A stretch of 57,165 bases of DNA, filler included, from Sphacelaria rigidula (Eukaryota): assembly GCA_964200075.2 (NCBI GenBank). It is 6 parts of 6 records of this genome, joined end to end, with 100 filler letters (N's around TTAATTAATTAA, not from the genome) between each part and the next. Parts side by side here need not be neighbours in the genome. Positions count along the whole stretch, not along the records: positions 1 to 9,445 come from CAXNAA020008483.1; positions 9,546 to 18,990 come from CAXNAA020008484.1; 4 more parts are not named here. The stretch is one strand, 5' to 3'. Positions 1-11,520 of this stretch are shown piece by piece (position 1 is the stretch's first letter; each line of letters begins with the position of its first letter). Under the pieces are notes generated by a model. The model had not been told where the DNA came from. It worked only from the letters and a program-made list of their open reading frames with translations, and searched no databases. The position numbers and the translations under genes are program-made.

Positions 1-1969
1 GGGGGAGACAGGGGGCGGGAAGAGGAAGGGGCGTGGCATCTGGGGGGATTTCTCGCAGGGGAATTAAGATGCGGCGGCTATCATAGAAAGTGTCGTGGTA
101 CACCAGATACGCTGCGAACTGTGCGAGCGGTGTGCGCCCATTTTCGTGTTATGGGTCACGTAGATACTAAGTTGACACAAAAAATCACTGGCCGAGTTGA
201 GCTGCGTGGGGTTGTGTTTGGCGCGTTCCCGGCGTCATTTGGATAGTATATGTGGTATGCTGCAACTACTCCCTGCGCACCCGAACGCGGTAGTGATGGA
301 GAAATCTTACGCTTCTCGGTGGGAGCAGCATACTTTGGTAATAGGAGCTGACGAACAACCAAATAGCTTGATCGGAGACCAGTCGATAACGGTCAACGTA
401 AAACACAATGAAAATTAGACAGATGGTAATACGTGTGGAAAAAAGGTATGTCACCAAAGTGATGCCCCCTGTACGTGACCTGTCCTTGACCAAGTGGATT
501 GCACAATGACTGCTCTCTTGGGCTGTTTTCCACCGTAGAATCCGAAGGACAAATAGCCAAGCCGTACTCGACCCCGTACAGGGTGCCGTCCACACACACA
601 GGTGACGAAAAAAACACAACAAACAGACAACAAAAAGCACAACATCCTCTCCGGACGATTGCTCGCATACTAAGACTGATGTACGCAGCTGATAGTCGCC
701 AGGTTTCATCACACCAAACTATGTTTCAAGTACGCAACAGCCCTGCCCTGCCCTTCACGAAGCAGCGGCCGAGACGGACCACCACGCCGGGTTTTGGACG
801 GACCGAGCTCGCCATCAATCACCAGGCGCGAAACGCCGTGATGTGCCCGATGAGTCACATGGAGGGTGAGCTGCATCCTACGATTTTTCGGCCCGAAGCA
901 TACTGATAATTATCTTGCACGTAGATGACAACCTCCAATGAGTTGCACGGAGGGGGAAGGACGGACGGGGGGGAAAGTTTTCTGTGCTTCTGACCGCTGC
1001 TGTCTGCTGCCTCTACGACACTTCGAAGGTGAACGTGGCTTGGTGAGTTTCGAATCTATCAGGCGACCAAAGAACAAGATATGTTTTGTTCAGCAAGGGA
1101 CGTCATCATGATCTACATGATTGTTCATCTACAGCAAGGATACGAGCTACTACCTCAGAATTCATGCTCTGGTGGAGAGCAACGTATCGGAAGTATGTGC
1201 CCCCCCCCCCCTCCCATTTTGTACGTGACCATAGCATGTAATTTGGATCATGCGGACCTTTTGCTTCAAGATCTTCGAGAAAAGTACAATATGACACAGC
1301 AGTAAAATGACGTCGTAATGTCATACTAAAGTGCAAGTAGATAGTACAGTACATTAGAACTGATCGTTTTAAAAGCGTTCAACGTGACTTCAACCTCAAC
1401 CACCCCAACCCTGAAACTTGGAGCTGAACACTTTCCCGCAATTACACCTATTTTCTCAAAACTGGGGGAGGGGGGGACGCACACGGAAATCAAAAGATCG
1501 CCGGCAAAAACCATATCGGGTATGGTTCTACTCGAATCCAGATGAAACATGATTTGATTGATTGTCGCACTTTAACTGGCGTTGGCGGAATACCTACAGC
1601 GTATTCGAAAACGGTAGACGCCTCACTTCCCGGTTCACATGGAGGACGGTCATAGAACCGGCTACGTCTATTTTAGCTTCCGTCAGATATGTGCTCGTCA
1701 GCTGATATATTGGTGGATCGATGACCTTGTGTACAATTATACTCCAAGTTCATCGTGAGCTTGAACGTGCGCAGTGCTAAAACATATCGATAAGTGCAAC
1801 GGATTTTCTTTCCGATCATCCGATCATAGCCGGGAATCATCTCACTGGAAGGATTTCATCCCCCGCGATCATGACACAACGCCCAGCGGGATACCCTGTA
1901 CCAAAAGAGAAGTAATGCCGACACATGAGCGTATCAATTAACTCTACACCCACCACACAGATACGACAC

Positions 1970-2212
1970 CTGCATGTGAACCCTGATCTGATGCGTTCGC
2001 CCGGTCTCGATGCCAACCGCCACCACGCTGAGCTTGCCGTCGAAAGCCGCCGTCTTCGCCATTGAAAGCGCTGATCGCGACCGGATGTTAGGCTGAATGG
2101 TGGGCACAGCAATCATTTTTTGCCGATGGTTAGGGTGACGTCCGATAGGGACATTAATTGTCGCCATCTCCCCTGGGTTTCCCACGCACACCGCCAGGTA
2201 CGACTTTTTAAT
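1970..2212 (-). CDS. rluD: RluD-type pseudouridine synthase, exon 4 (3' exons not located)
   Basis: cag|IKKSYLAVCVG...PIGRHP...IETGRTHQIRVHMQ|gtgtcg; KxYxA and TGRTHQIRVH motifs. The expected final GD..YG / LHA exon was not found in 1-1969. Confidence 0.93.
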
Positions 2213-2914
2213 CTGCGCTCCAAGTTTTAGAGACGGACGCGAGCGAGGAGGGGAATGATTGTCAACAGATACACGTTTCGTACGAGGGCAGAAAATGGAA
2301 CCACACATGCACCATACACGCTCTACTTTGCATACCTTCAACATGCGAAATGCGTGTCCCAATTGGCCGGCCAAAGCGTTGTTGGGGAGGGCAAACTAGT
2401 AACTGACATTAGGAGATGTCAGCGGACCAGAAAGTGGTTATCAAGATGTCACATTGTCACGGGAAACCGTTTGGTATTGCGAGGGTAGAAGAAAAGGCGA
2501 CGCCCAGGAGAGGATACCGATAGGGTAGGCTGTATCGAATTGAGATACAGAGAAGAAAATATCACGTCAGCATAACTCGTTTTGCATGAACGAAGGAAAG
2601 CGATCGCAGGATATCGCCAGCGACGATATTCGAACAATCTGGGTCAACGCCGTTGCTTCCCTGTCACTTTCCTCTCGTCCCGTCAGCGCACGTGAGCCCC
2701 CATGATAGAGAAGAAAATGCAACACGGGCTACAGCGACGACTTCATCAACTCCTCGACACGAAGTCAAACGACGAAGTATCGATAGAGGACGCTGGACAT
2801 GCCTTCCCGAACCCCGACTACAACAGATCCCCAGTCAACTCAAACTATTGGCCGGCATACAACAGGATAAGAAATCTTGTGGGGGATATGAAATGCAGAG
2901 ACAATAGTTCCCAC

Positions 2915-3202
2915 CTCTCTCTTGGCAAAAAGCGCCGCCAGCTTGGCCTGCATGGCAGGGTTCTTAGCAGCAAGCAGCACACCCGTGGTACCCTTGTCAA
3001 GTCGGTGGACGATGCCGGGGCGCAAGGAGGGGTTGTGCTCTCCGTCCTTGCGATTAATGTGCGTCGGAAATTTGTTGTCTTGTTGCTGGAGGTGGTAAAC
3101 GAGGGCGTTCACGAAGGTTCCGTTCCAGCTGCCCGGGGCGGGGTGCACCACCATTCCCGCGGGCTTGTTGACAGCGATGATCTCGTCATCTTCGAACAGA
3201 AT
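2915..3202 (-). CDS. rluD: RluD-type pseudouridine synthase, exon 3 (catalytic motifs I and II)
   Basis: tag|[24 protein letters not shown]...[20 protein letters not shown]...FAKRE|gtggga; catalytic HRLD motif; phase 0/0. Confidence 0.95.
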
Positions 3203-3673
3203 CTACTCTTCAGTGTTGCACACAACAAAAAAAAACGATGTCAGACTTGAGAACACGCGGATTTGTTATTGGAAAATGAATGGATGCCTCAACAGCGAAA
3301 TACTCTCGGACTGCATAGCAAACGTAGCTGTCGTGTGTAGGCGATGGACCAGCAGTTTTTCGTATCTCACCCATAAAAAATATGACGGACAAACGTCACC
3401 CAAGAAGAACATTGCGGCGTGTGTGGCGCCGTGAGTATCGTACGGTGGTTATGCATGTGTACAGCGAACATTGTAGCTGTTAATGGAGTGTTCGGTGGGT
3501 TGTCACTAGTACGTCAGAGACATGATACCCGGGCCCAGATCTCCATGGCCTCGTGCGAGCAGAGGCAGGCAGAAGAATATCAGATTCCTACGAAAAATAT
3601 CGATTCCATTAAACAAGTGCTCTCGGTGCACGCACGTGCAATGCTGTCCGTGTAAAAGTACACGTCAACTCAC

Positions 3674-3931
3674 GTCCAACGGAATGTTTTCTCCTTCCAA
3701 AGACAGCTCGGGGTTGACGATAAACCGAACCTCTATTTCTTGGTCCTCCTCCACCTTGACACTCTTCTTCACGTTTTTACCCGCCGAAGACACCATGCCC
3801 AGTTGGCAAAGATCTCCAAAGTAGCTCCGAGATTGCTCCGGCATTCGTGCCGCCAGGAATGCGTCCAGGCGCTTGCCTCCTTCCCCCTCCCTGACGGTCA
3901 AGACTTCGGTCGTGAAATCTAGTTCATCAAC
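3674..3931 (-). CDS. rluD: RluD-type pseudouridine synthase, exon 2 (S4 domain)
   Basis: ccag|VDELDFTTEVLTVREGEGGKRLDAFLAARMPEQSRSYF...EGENIPLD|gtgag; S4-like RLDxFL..SRS motif and the ENIPLD motif typical of RluD; phase 0/0. Confidence 0.9.
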
Positions 3932-4325
3932 CTGGTCAACGCAGAAAATTAAATACCAGTAACGAGGCGAGGCTCGCATCAATATCGGCACTCATGTTCG
4001 CACATGGATATAATCTTTTCAATAACTGATGTGGGCGAAACAAGGTTATATTTTGGTTAAATACCGGAACAAGGTGGGCGATGGCGTTCGTCTGTGCGTT
4101 GTCTGCAACGGAGTGCTGCTGTCAGGAGTTATGGCACCCCAGCCGACCCGCTTCCCGCTCGTGGTTCGTGGCAGGCAACATTAGCTTGCCAACTGCCAAC
4201 TCTGACTCTGACTAGCATGAAACGATGAAGCCGAATTTGTTCGGCAACGGTGTGAACGGACACCGTCAATTGCTATGGATCAGGTCTTTGGACAACACCT
4301 CAGATTAGCCGAAACCCAAAGTTTG

Positions 4326-4588
4326 CACGGTTAGGACGAATCATCACGACTAAGAATCACCAAATTCACGATTTCTTCGGCCTGATTGCCCAAANNNNNN
4401 NNNGAGAAAAAAGTTGATCGCTGGTCCAGGGGGTATCCACGCAACTTTTGCGCCATTCCACGTGTCTGGGCTACGTGTACCTGGGTTGCAACGCTGAAAA
4501 CAAAGCCTGAGGGTTGATTCGTACGGTACGAATCAATCACACTAAAACCAAGTAATTTCCAGACCAATAATTATTTGTCCGACCCTTG
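4326..4588 (+). mobile_element. hAT-type MITE family A, copy 1 (in rluD intron)
   Basis: Imperfect TIRs CACGGTTAGGAC / GTCCGACCCTTG; perfect 8-bp TSD AAAGTTTG; homologous to 50202-50431 and 51556-54239. Confidence 0.8.
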
Positions 4589-5244
4589 AAAGTTTGGGAG
4601 AAAAGCAGCGTGATGTGGACATGACGGAGTTGCTGTGCCTGCCCCAAGGTAAATGATAAATTATGCCGCAATTCGAGGCAGCGTCGAACGCAGGCGATGT
4701 TCATAGCTTAACGGTCAACGTCGTTTCCATGCCAAGAACGTTCTAGTATAGCGGATTGCACTATACTGTTTTATATCAATATTTTTCTGTTCAATATGAG
4801 TACCGTCACGGCGTCATGGATGTGGGCCGTTTGGTCGTTGCTTCGGGTAGTCCTGAAACGTAACTCCAACTGCCGTGTAGAAGACAGGACCGCGGTGTTT
4901 TTCGACCAAAAGACTCGTCCATTGGCACATGGATACGGATTTTTGTACTGCCAAGGAAATTCGAAATTCACGACCAGCGTCGAGACAATACAGCTTTGCA
5001 GCCTCGTGGGGCATGAGGCTAGCGGTTGCCGAGTCCAACATATGCCTGTACTCGTATCTCCAGCTGAGCTCAAAAGCCACAACAGTAGTCAGATGCTACA
5101 TTATACAGTAAAATCCTGCCGTACCGGCATGTATCATGAGTATCCTGGCAACCGCACATGTGAACCCATACGACCAAACAAAAAACCCTCCACCTCCCCC
5201 CCCCTCCCATGGCAATGAGCCGCAAATGTCGCTGCATGAAGTAC

Positions 5245-5475
5245 CTCATCCACCTCCACCGTTGCTTCCATTGCCGCAGGCGGCGCCGCAGCACTATATC
5301 GCGTCCACCTAGCCCCGCCGAATCCGCAGCTGGACCTGCTGCTCGGGAGGGTAGTGGGTGCGCTGACAAAAAATCCATCTACAGTGAGAAGATATCCTAC
5401 GAATACCACTACTATCCGAAAACTATTGTGAAAAAGACGAGGATATACATGTTGTCGCGTTGAATGAATCGTCAT
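5245..5475 (-). CDS. rluD: RluD-type pseudouridine synthase, putative exon 1 (signal + transit peptide-like leader)
   Basis: ATG at 5475; hydrophobic stretch IVVVFVGYLLTVDG|FFVSAP followed by a Ser/Arg-rich tract; ends ...EVDE|gtac in phase 0, compatible with the next exon. Linkage to the downstream exons is inferred. Confidence 0.6.
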
Positions 5476-6126
5476 CTCCGATGCCAAAATAGCACCTGCA
5501 CTTCCGTTAACACAGTGGTAAGCCCGCCGGCAGCGGCATGGGTCTAGTATATATTTTCAGCTTTTCATGATTATAAATACGTGTGACTGCACAGACCGGC
5601 GGTTATTGGATCTTGCGCCAAAGAGTCGAACGGCCCGTATGAATACAACCTAGAGGTGGGTGGTAACCCTCAACAAATTATTTTATAGTACTCAGTCATA
5701 TTGACATTAAGCCACTTATTTGACTCGTAAATTGCTCGACAGCTCAGGCACACGATTAAGAAACGGGTATAAATGGAGCATGACATGACGACAAAAAAGA
5801 GCCAGTCGGGCAAACGATGGCGTCCTGTATCATTCTGTTCGTGTTGGTCGGCCATCGGCTGTAGGTGTGCTCGGCGATGAAGAAGTTCTTCATGGACGTA
5901 CGAAGGAGAAATATGTTCGTGGGCGTGTCCGTCCTTGGATTGGTGGGAGCTATGGCTATGCTGCCCTACTACGTACGAACACGAGCCAAGTAGGTCCTTT
6001 CAACAGCTCTGCAACTGTTGTTCCTCTCTTTTCGCCGATATTTAGTAACTTAGCTGACGGGGTACATCGTTCGGCACCCCTGAGTGTACACGGTGTCAAC
6101 CCCCGTCTCTCTCAAGGATTCATGTC

Positions 6127-6282
6127 TTCGTCAGAAAGAATACCACCACTGAGCCACTCAGTCAGCGCTGACCCAGTGGCTCAGTGGTGGTGTTCTTTCT
6201 GACGAATAAAAAAAGTGTTCGTGCGTTCGATAGTCTCGGCGCCTTCTCCGGGGTCATCCACCCCTCGCCAGCACCTTCCTCA
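6127..6282 (+). repeat. LTR-like repeat with ~85-bp near-perfect palindrome
   Basis: ttcgtcagaaagaataccaccactgagccact...agtggctcagtggtggtgttctttctgacgaa, then AATAAA and a ggcgccttctccggggtcatcc tail; near-identical copy at ~8050-8180. Confidence 0.6.
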
Positions 6283-7962
6283 TGATTCAGCGGTGTTGTT
6301 CCTTTTCGATAGTAATGAGGCTGTGTTTTTGAAGGTTAGGCGCCAAGAAAACCCGCACCTCACTTGGTATGACGCCGAAACTTGGAGGATGTGATTGTTG
6401 GTACTACAGCAAGGTGTCGGAGCCGCATCCGTGGCTGCACAAGGCGCTGATGGCCCAATCGGCATTGAAACGATGAATTCCATTCTCACCAGATTCTTTG
6501 TTTTTTCACCACCTCCTGTCTGATGGTGATTATATAGTAGAGTATGTACAATTTCGGTCAGGCTTGCAGACCGCACAGATCCTTCAGGCGTCATCATTAA
6601 TCTTTGCCCAGTTAGGGATGAACGCTCGCAGAAAACCAGAAAATGAACAGCCCCCAGGCCCCACCATATATGTGAAGGTCTAGGCTAACCGTCTGCCGAT
6701 CCGAAAAGCTCGACATGTCAATGTTCAGCCTACCTCATGCGACCGCTGCGTTCTGCCATGGACCCTGCCCCACATACCCGACAACTGGGCAACATCCCCG
6801 AATAGACAGTAGCAATGCTAGCGGATGCATGATCCTGACAGTCTGGCAGCCGGCAAGATGGTTATGGTAGTGTCCTTCTAGCGATATCAACTTACAGTGC
6901 ACTGTTGCAAAGTTCACAGGTGAATATTTTGGCGATTGCCTCAACTGCAGTTCGCCCAGATGTAGTGGATTTTTCCACCATCTCACCGCGCCAGATCATA
7001 TGTGAAAATGTATCAGATCCTGCATTATATGTTAAAATGTCCCAGACGCTGGACGAAGATTCTACAGTCAGTACGAACACGGTGTTAGAAGTGTCCTGCG
7101 CACAGTCTGAAATATGTTGCCGACCATAATTTCTGTAATACTCGTACCTCAAGTCGGTAACTGCAAGGCTATACTTCGAGACAACAGCAGAGTGTTAAAA
7201 TCTCCAGGGTATGAAATACTACAGGCGGCTCTTGCGCTATTGCGACTGTGTTACCATGCAGCTTTGCCCAGGATGCAGGCAGCCATGACAGCAGTAGAGG
7301 CGGCCTTTCACTCCTGCGTGCGCAACCTGGGGTAAACGCACGCTGTAGCTGCAACACGGAGAGCTTCACAAAGTGATATCCCGCGTACACGTTGATCGCA
7401 GATACAAGCGGTTGCGTGCATGATGTGGCGAACTGCATAGGACAGCGCGAAATCAATGCAGCACAGGGATAGGCTAAGGATGTGACGTTCTGTGGTGTGC
7501 TTTGTCACCCTGCACCCTGCCACTGTGCAGTGAGCAGGTAGTGCCGCCGAAGGCGTAACGCCGCGGTTGGTACGCAGTGTCGAACACATAGCAGCAAACA
7601 GCATATTTCATGTAACTAGACGAGGGTGTGTGTCTCAAGACCGATGCGCACAGGGTGGGACCCGGATCTAGAGAACTTGCACCAACTCGCCCTGTTCTAG
7701 TGGATACATGAACCTTTTCAGCAAAAAACGCTTGCAACGTGTGCCGTAACGGATGTCATGCGTCATGCAGTTTTCTCCCATATGCGGCATCGCCCGTGAA
7801 GCGAGCTGTTGAAGCTAACAGTGCCCAACTCTCTTCCCACGATGACCCCCTGTCTGAGCTCGAGATTATTGAAACTACGTAACATGACTTCAACTAGTAG
7901 AACGTACACCTCACCGTGATTAAAGCTTCCATCTTATCGAAAATGAACAACACTGTCAGGGC

Positions 7963-8180
7963 GGTTAGGAACTATTCTGACTTATCTTCCCGCACACTCT
8001 TAAGGAAGAAGTACTCGCGCCGATACTCGAACACGCACTTATTTTATTTGTCAGAAAGAACACCGTCACTGAGCCACTTAGTCAGCGAGTGGCTCAGTGG
8101 CGGTGTTCTTTCTGACAAATAAAAGCAGTGTTTGTGCGTTTGATAGTCCCGGCGCCTTCTCCGGGGTCATCCACCCCTCT
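7963..8180 (+). repeat. LTR-like repeat, second copy (inverted partial copy at 8676-8795)
   Basis: 7963-8080 is the reverse complement of 8676-8795; carries the same palindrome and tail as 6127-6282. Confidence 0.65.
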
Positions 8181-8184
8181 CCCG

Positions 8185-8670
8185 TGTCTTTCACATGGGT
8201 CATGTGATTGACGGGCCAGGTCTCGGGCTGCATTTGTAATGTCGGGCCTGGTTACCCCAGCCAATCACATCAACCCTCCTACGGCACTCCGGTATGGTCT
8301 ATCCACAACTTTGTCTCCTTGCTTCACCGGTCTTAAGTTTGCTGATACTGAGGTGGGAATATCAGAAAAAATCGTAACTTCAAAGCGGTTCCGCACGGTG
8401 TCGATACAGGTCGTCTGGTTCACGTCCATGGAACTGTACCTCTCTTCCAAGTCCTCTCTGTGGCACACCCAAATACCACTGGACTTCATCTAGTTTATTC
8501 GTCGGAAATCTTTTGCTTAGGATATCGCATACTTTCTCCACTCTCTTTGCTTCACCTCCAATTAGGATGTTGTCTACATAGACAACGAGTATGACACACA
8601 CATTCCCCCCTTCCTCCTGTTCGTACACACACCGGTCTGCCTTACTTTGTTGCCCTCCTGAACAAAACAT
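8185..8670 (-). mobile_element. Ty1/Copia reverse transcriptase relic (frameshifted)
   Basis: QSKADRCVY...ILVVYVDNILIGG...WYLG, then after a frameshift PYRSAVGGLMWLAGVTRPDI...ARQSHDPCERH; Copia RT motifs with YVDD changed to YVDN. Confidence 0.9.
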
Positions 8671-9445
8671 AGACCAAGTGGCTCAGTGGTGGTGTTCTTT
8701 CTGACGAATAAAAGAATTGCGTGTTCGAGTATCGGCGCGACTTACTCTTCTTCCTTAAGAATGTACGGGAAGATAAGTCAGAATAGTTCCTAACCCGAAA
8801 AACAAAAACATTCCTACTCCGCAAAAGTCTCCTCGATCAGCATGGCCGCGCTGCCTCCCACTTCTGGTCCGGCTGTTGCAGTGATCAGCTCCGTCATCCC
8901 GCACTTATCCTCCACCATTCCACAGATTCCGCTTGAGCCCTCGCTTGAGCCCTCGCCATCACGCGGGGAAAACATTCCTCTCTTTCCCTTGCCAGCGTTT
9001 TCTTCAGCTCTCCTGCCGCCGATGCTAGCTCGTTCCGGTCGGCTGCCGCTCTCGTCGCCCTGCGCATGCGGCCTGCCATTTGTGGAGGCAGAGACAACTC
9101 GTCGTCGAGTGCAAGACGGCGTAGCTCCGTCCTTGGGATTTCGGGAGCTCCACCGCCCCCCCCGTCGTTGCGCTCGGGGGTGTCGACGGTTGTCGATGTT
9201 GTCGGCGTGTTGTCGATGTTGTCGGCGGCGATGTCGGCGCTGCGGCTGTCGGCGGCATTGTCGGCGCCACCGACGACCGCGGTGTGGGCGGCGCCGGTCC
9301 CCCGTCATCAATAAGATGCTGGGCAGGGTTTCGTGAAATCCCCCTCCCCCCCCCTCCCGCCCCGCCAATAGCGGGGATCTGTTGTGTGACGTCTGCGTCC
9401 AGTTCTGGGTTGGGGAGCAAAAACGATACGCGACGTGAACCGCGG

Positions 9446-9545
9446 NNNNNNNNNNNNNNNNNNNNNNNNNNNNNNNNNNNNNNNNNNNNTTAATTAATTA
9501 ANNNNNNNNNNNNNNNNNNNNNNNNNNNNNNNNNNNNNNNNNNNN
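9446..9545. other. Artificial scaffold linker (N44-TTAATTAATTAA-N44)
   Basis: Exactly 100 nt with stop codons in all six frames. Confidence 0.98.
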
Positions 9546-9947
9546 CCCCCCCCCCCCCCCCCCCCCCCCATGAGAACGCCCCCCCATGCCCTCCCTGTCT
9601 TATGACTATGGCATGCATGATCTTGAGTACACCCATGCCCCCCCTCCGCCCCGTGGTGAATATTTGATAGACTTCTCCAACTTCGCTGGATAAACACGAA
9701 GTAGACACGGTGTGTCCTCTCCACGAGTCGTCTCGTCAACGTTCGGTCTGAGTACGTCAACGAGCCGCTCATATTTCCGGTCGAAGCTGTGGAAGACTCG
9801 GGAATAGTCCGCGATCTTGAGACAAGAGGATGGAAAGAGCTCATCCGTACAAATATCGAGTTAGCTGCTGCCAGTTACTGATCAGTGCTCGGCGAAGCCC
9901 ATCTTGAAACCGGCTTTTCGCTCGTCAATGTTCGCCGCGATGCGGCC

Positions 9948-10158
9948 TGTATTGCGGGAGAGAACCGCGTGCTTAGAGGGCCGCATCGGAAATTGAACAC
10001 CCCTATAGTTAGGGTTAGGGTTAGGGTTAGCGTTGGGATTACGGCCAGGGGCGCGGTCCCTGCAGGGACTAGCCCGATGGGTTTCGAAAAAAATCGATCC
10101 TGAGGTGTTTTGAACTGCGATGCGGTCCCCTAAGCACGCGGTCTTCTACCGCATTACA
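9948..10158 (+). mobile_element. Telomere-repeat MITE, copy 1 (diverged)
   Basis: Degenerate TIRs tgtattgcgggagagaaccgcgtgcttagag... / ...ctaagcacgcggtcttctaccgcattaca; internal (TTAGGG)3+; no TSD retained. Confidence 0.8.
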
Positions 10159-10946
10159 CCATATCGTAGTGGTACCAAGTTATCACCCACCATATCGCAG
10201 CTGTACGAAGACGGTATCTACCTCATGTCGCAGTGTTCTCAATTGCTATCTACCTCATGTCACAGTGGGTGGAGAGTCCCGATTCACCTCGAGTAATCGT
10301 TTCGAACAACAAAAGCCGTATGTTGGTCCTGTGTAATGCTTCAGTCGAACGCTCGATAGCTAGGCCTATCAACGTGTGTGTAGAAGAGTATTACAAGACC
10401 ACCTTCGGCTCCCCGAGCTCCCTGGGGGGGGAAGTGGACGGGGCCGTGTTGCTGGAAAAATTGTTGCGACTGCCCGTGCACTTCGTTTGGGTTGGTTTGT
10501 GCAGCCGTCACTGTCCCGTTGTTTGTGTACACCTCCTATACAGCACATACAAAGAGGGAACAAAGTACAACACAATATATATGTAGACAGCACAAGCCGC
10601 CGTAGCACAGCACAGTACAGCACGAGCCCCAACAGCAATACAGTAGACGCTCACCCCTCCCCTGCAGTCGATTCCATCTGTTGACTTGGTTCGCCAGCTT
10701 ACGGCCTCGCGGTATTTCCGTTGACTCGCGCCTGTTGACTGGTTCCCACAGCAGCACGGAGCAGCTTGGCGGGATCTACCGTCGTTTTCGTTGTTTGTGG
10801 CGGTGGCGGCCTGTTGAGAACTCCTTTCTGCCATTCTTGCTGCTCCCTGTTTAGTGAGTACGTCGGCACGCAGCAGCGTAGCAGCTGTAGCAAGTCTCTC
10901 CAAGGGTTGCAGGGTGATCATGCGGTGGGTTGTCCCGTGTGGTACT

Positions 10947-11151
10947 TATAATGCGTGAGAGGACCGCGTGCTTAGAAGACCGCGCCGTTGTTCAAAATAC
11001 CTCAGGATCAATGTTTTTCAAAACCATTCGGGCCAGTCCCTGCAGGTACCACGCCCCTGACCCTAACCCTAACACTAACCCTAACACTAACCATAGGGAT
11101 GTTCACATTCCGATGCGATCCTCTAAGCACGCGGTCCTCTCACGCATTACA
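10947..11151 (-). mobile_element. Telomere-repeat MITE, copy 2
   Basis: Same TIRs; internal CCCTAA/CACTAA array; 5-bp TSD GTACT. Confidence 0.85.
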
Positions 11152-11520
11152 GTACTGATGCTGCTTGTGTCGTTGGTTTGCCTTGTCGATTGCTCCGTCA
11201 TTCTGCTTCTTTTCTTTCCTGATAAAATGACTTGCCCGATATTCCAAGGACGACCATTGGCCCCTCTACCATATTTTCGAACGACATCTGCGCGACATGG
11301 CAACAAATCGCCTACTCTAGTATATAAGCGGACAGTACAGTATATTGCGATACGGCGGTGCGTAACTCCGGTGCAGCATGATATAATTACTCGCCGGCGG
11401 AGGATTACACCACGTCACGTTGGCGACCAGTCATGATTCCCAACGCAAAGTTATCAGATTGCACAAGAACCATGGGTAAGGTACCGTATCGAGCGTACCC
11501 CCGGTAGATACCGGGATATC

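Noticed and set aside
393..712. Candidate final rluD exon
   Set aside because: No frame gives a convincing PIxGDxxYG...LHA motif behind an AG acceptor.
2702..3250. 182-aa plus-strand ORF
   Set aside because: Antisense shadow of rluD exon 3.
8814..9445. Overlapping Arg/Pro/Thr-rich ORFs as host genes
   Set aside because: Low-complexity GC-rich sequence next to the Copia RT relic, probably the integrase-RT linker region.
9490..9501. Periodic TTAATTAATTAA palindrome as a biological motif
   Set aside because: It is always centred in exactly 44+44 Ns, which marks a synthetic six-frame stop linker.
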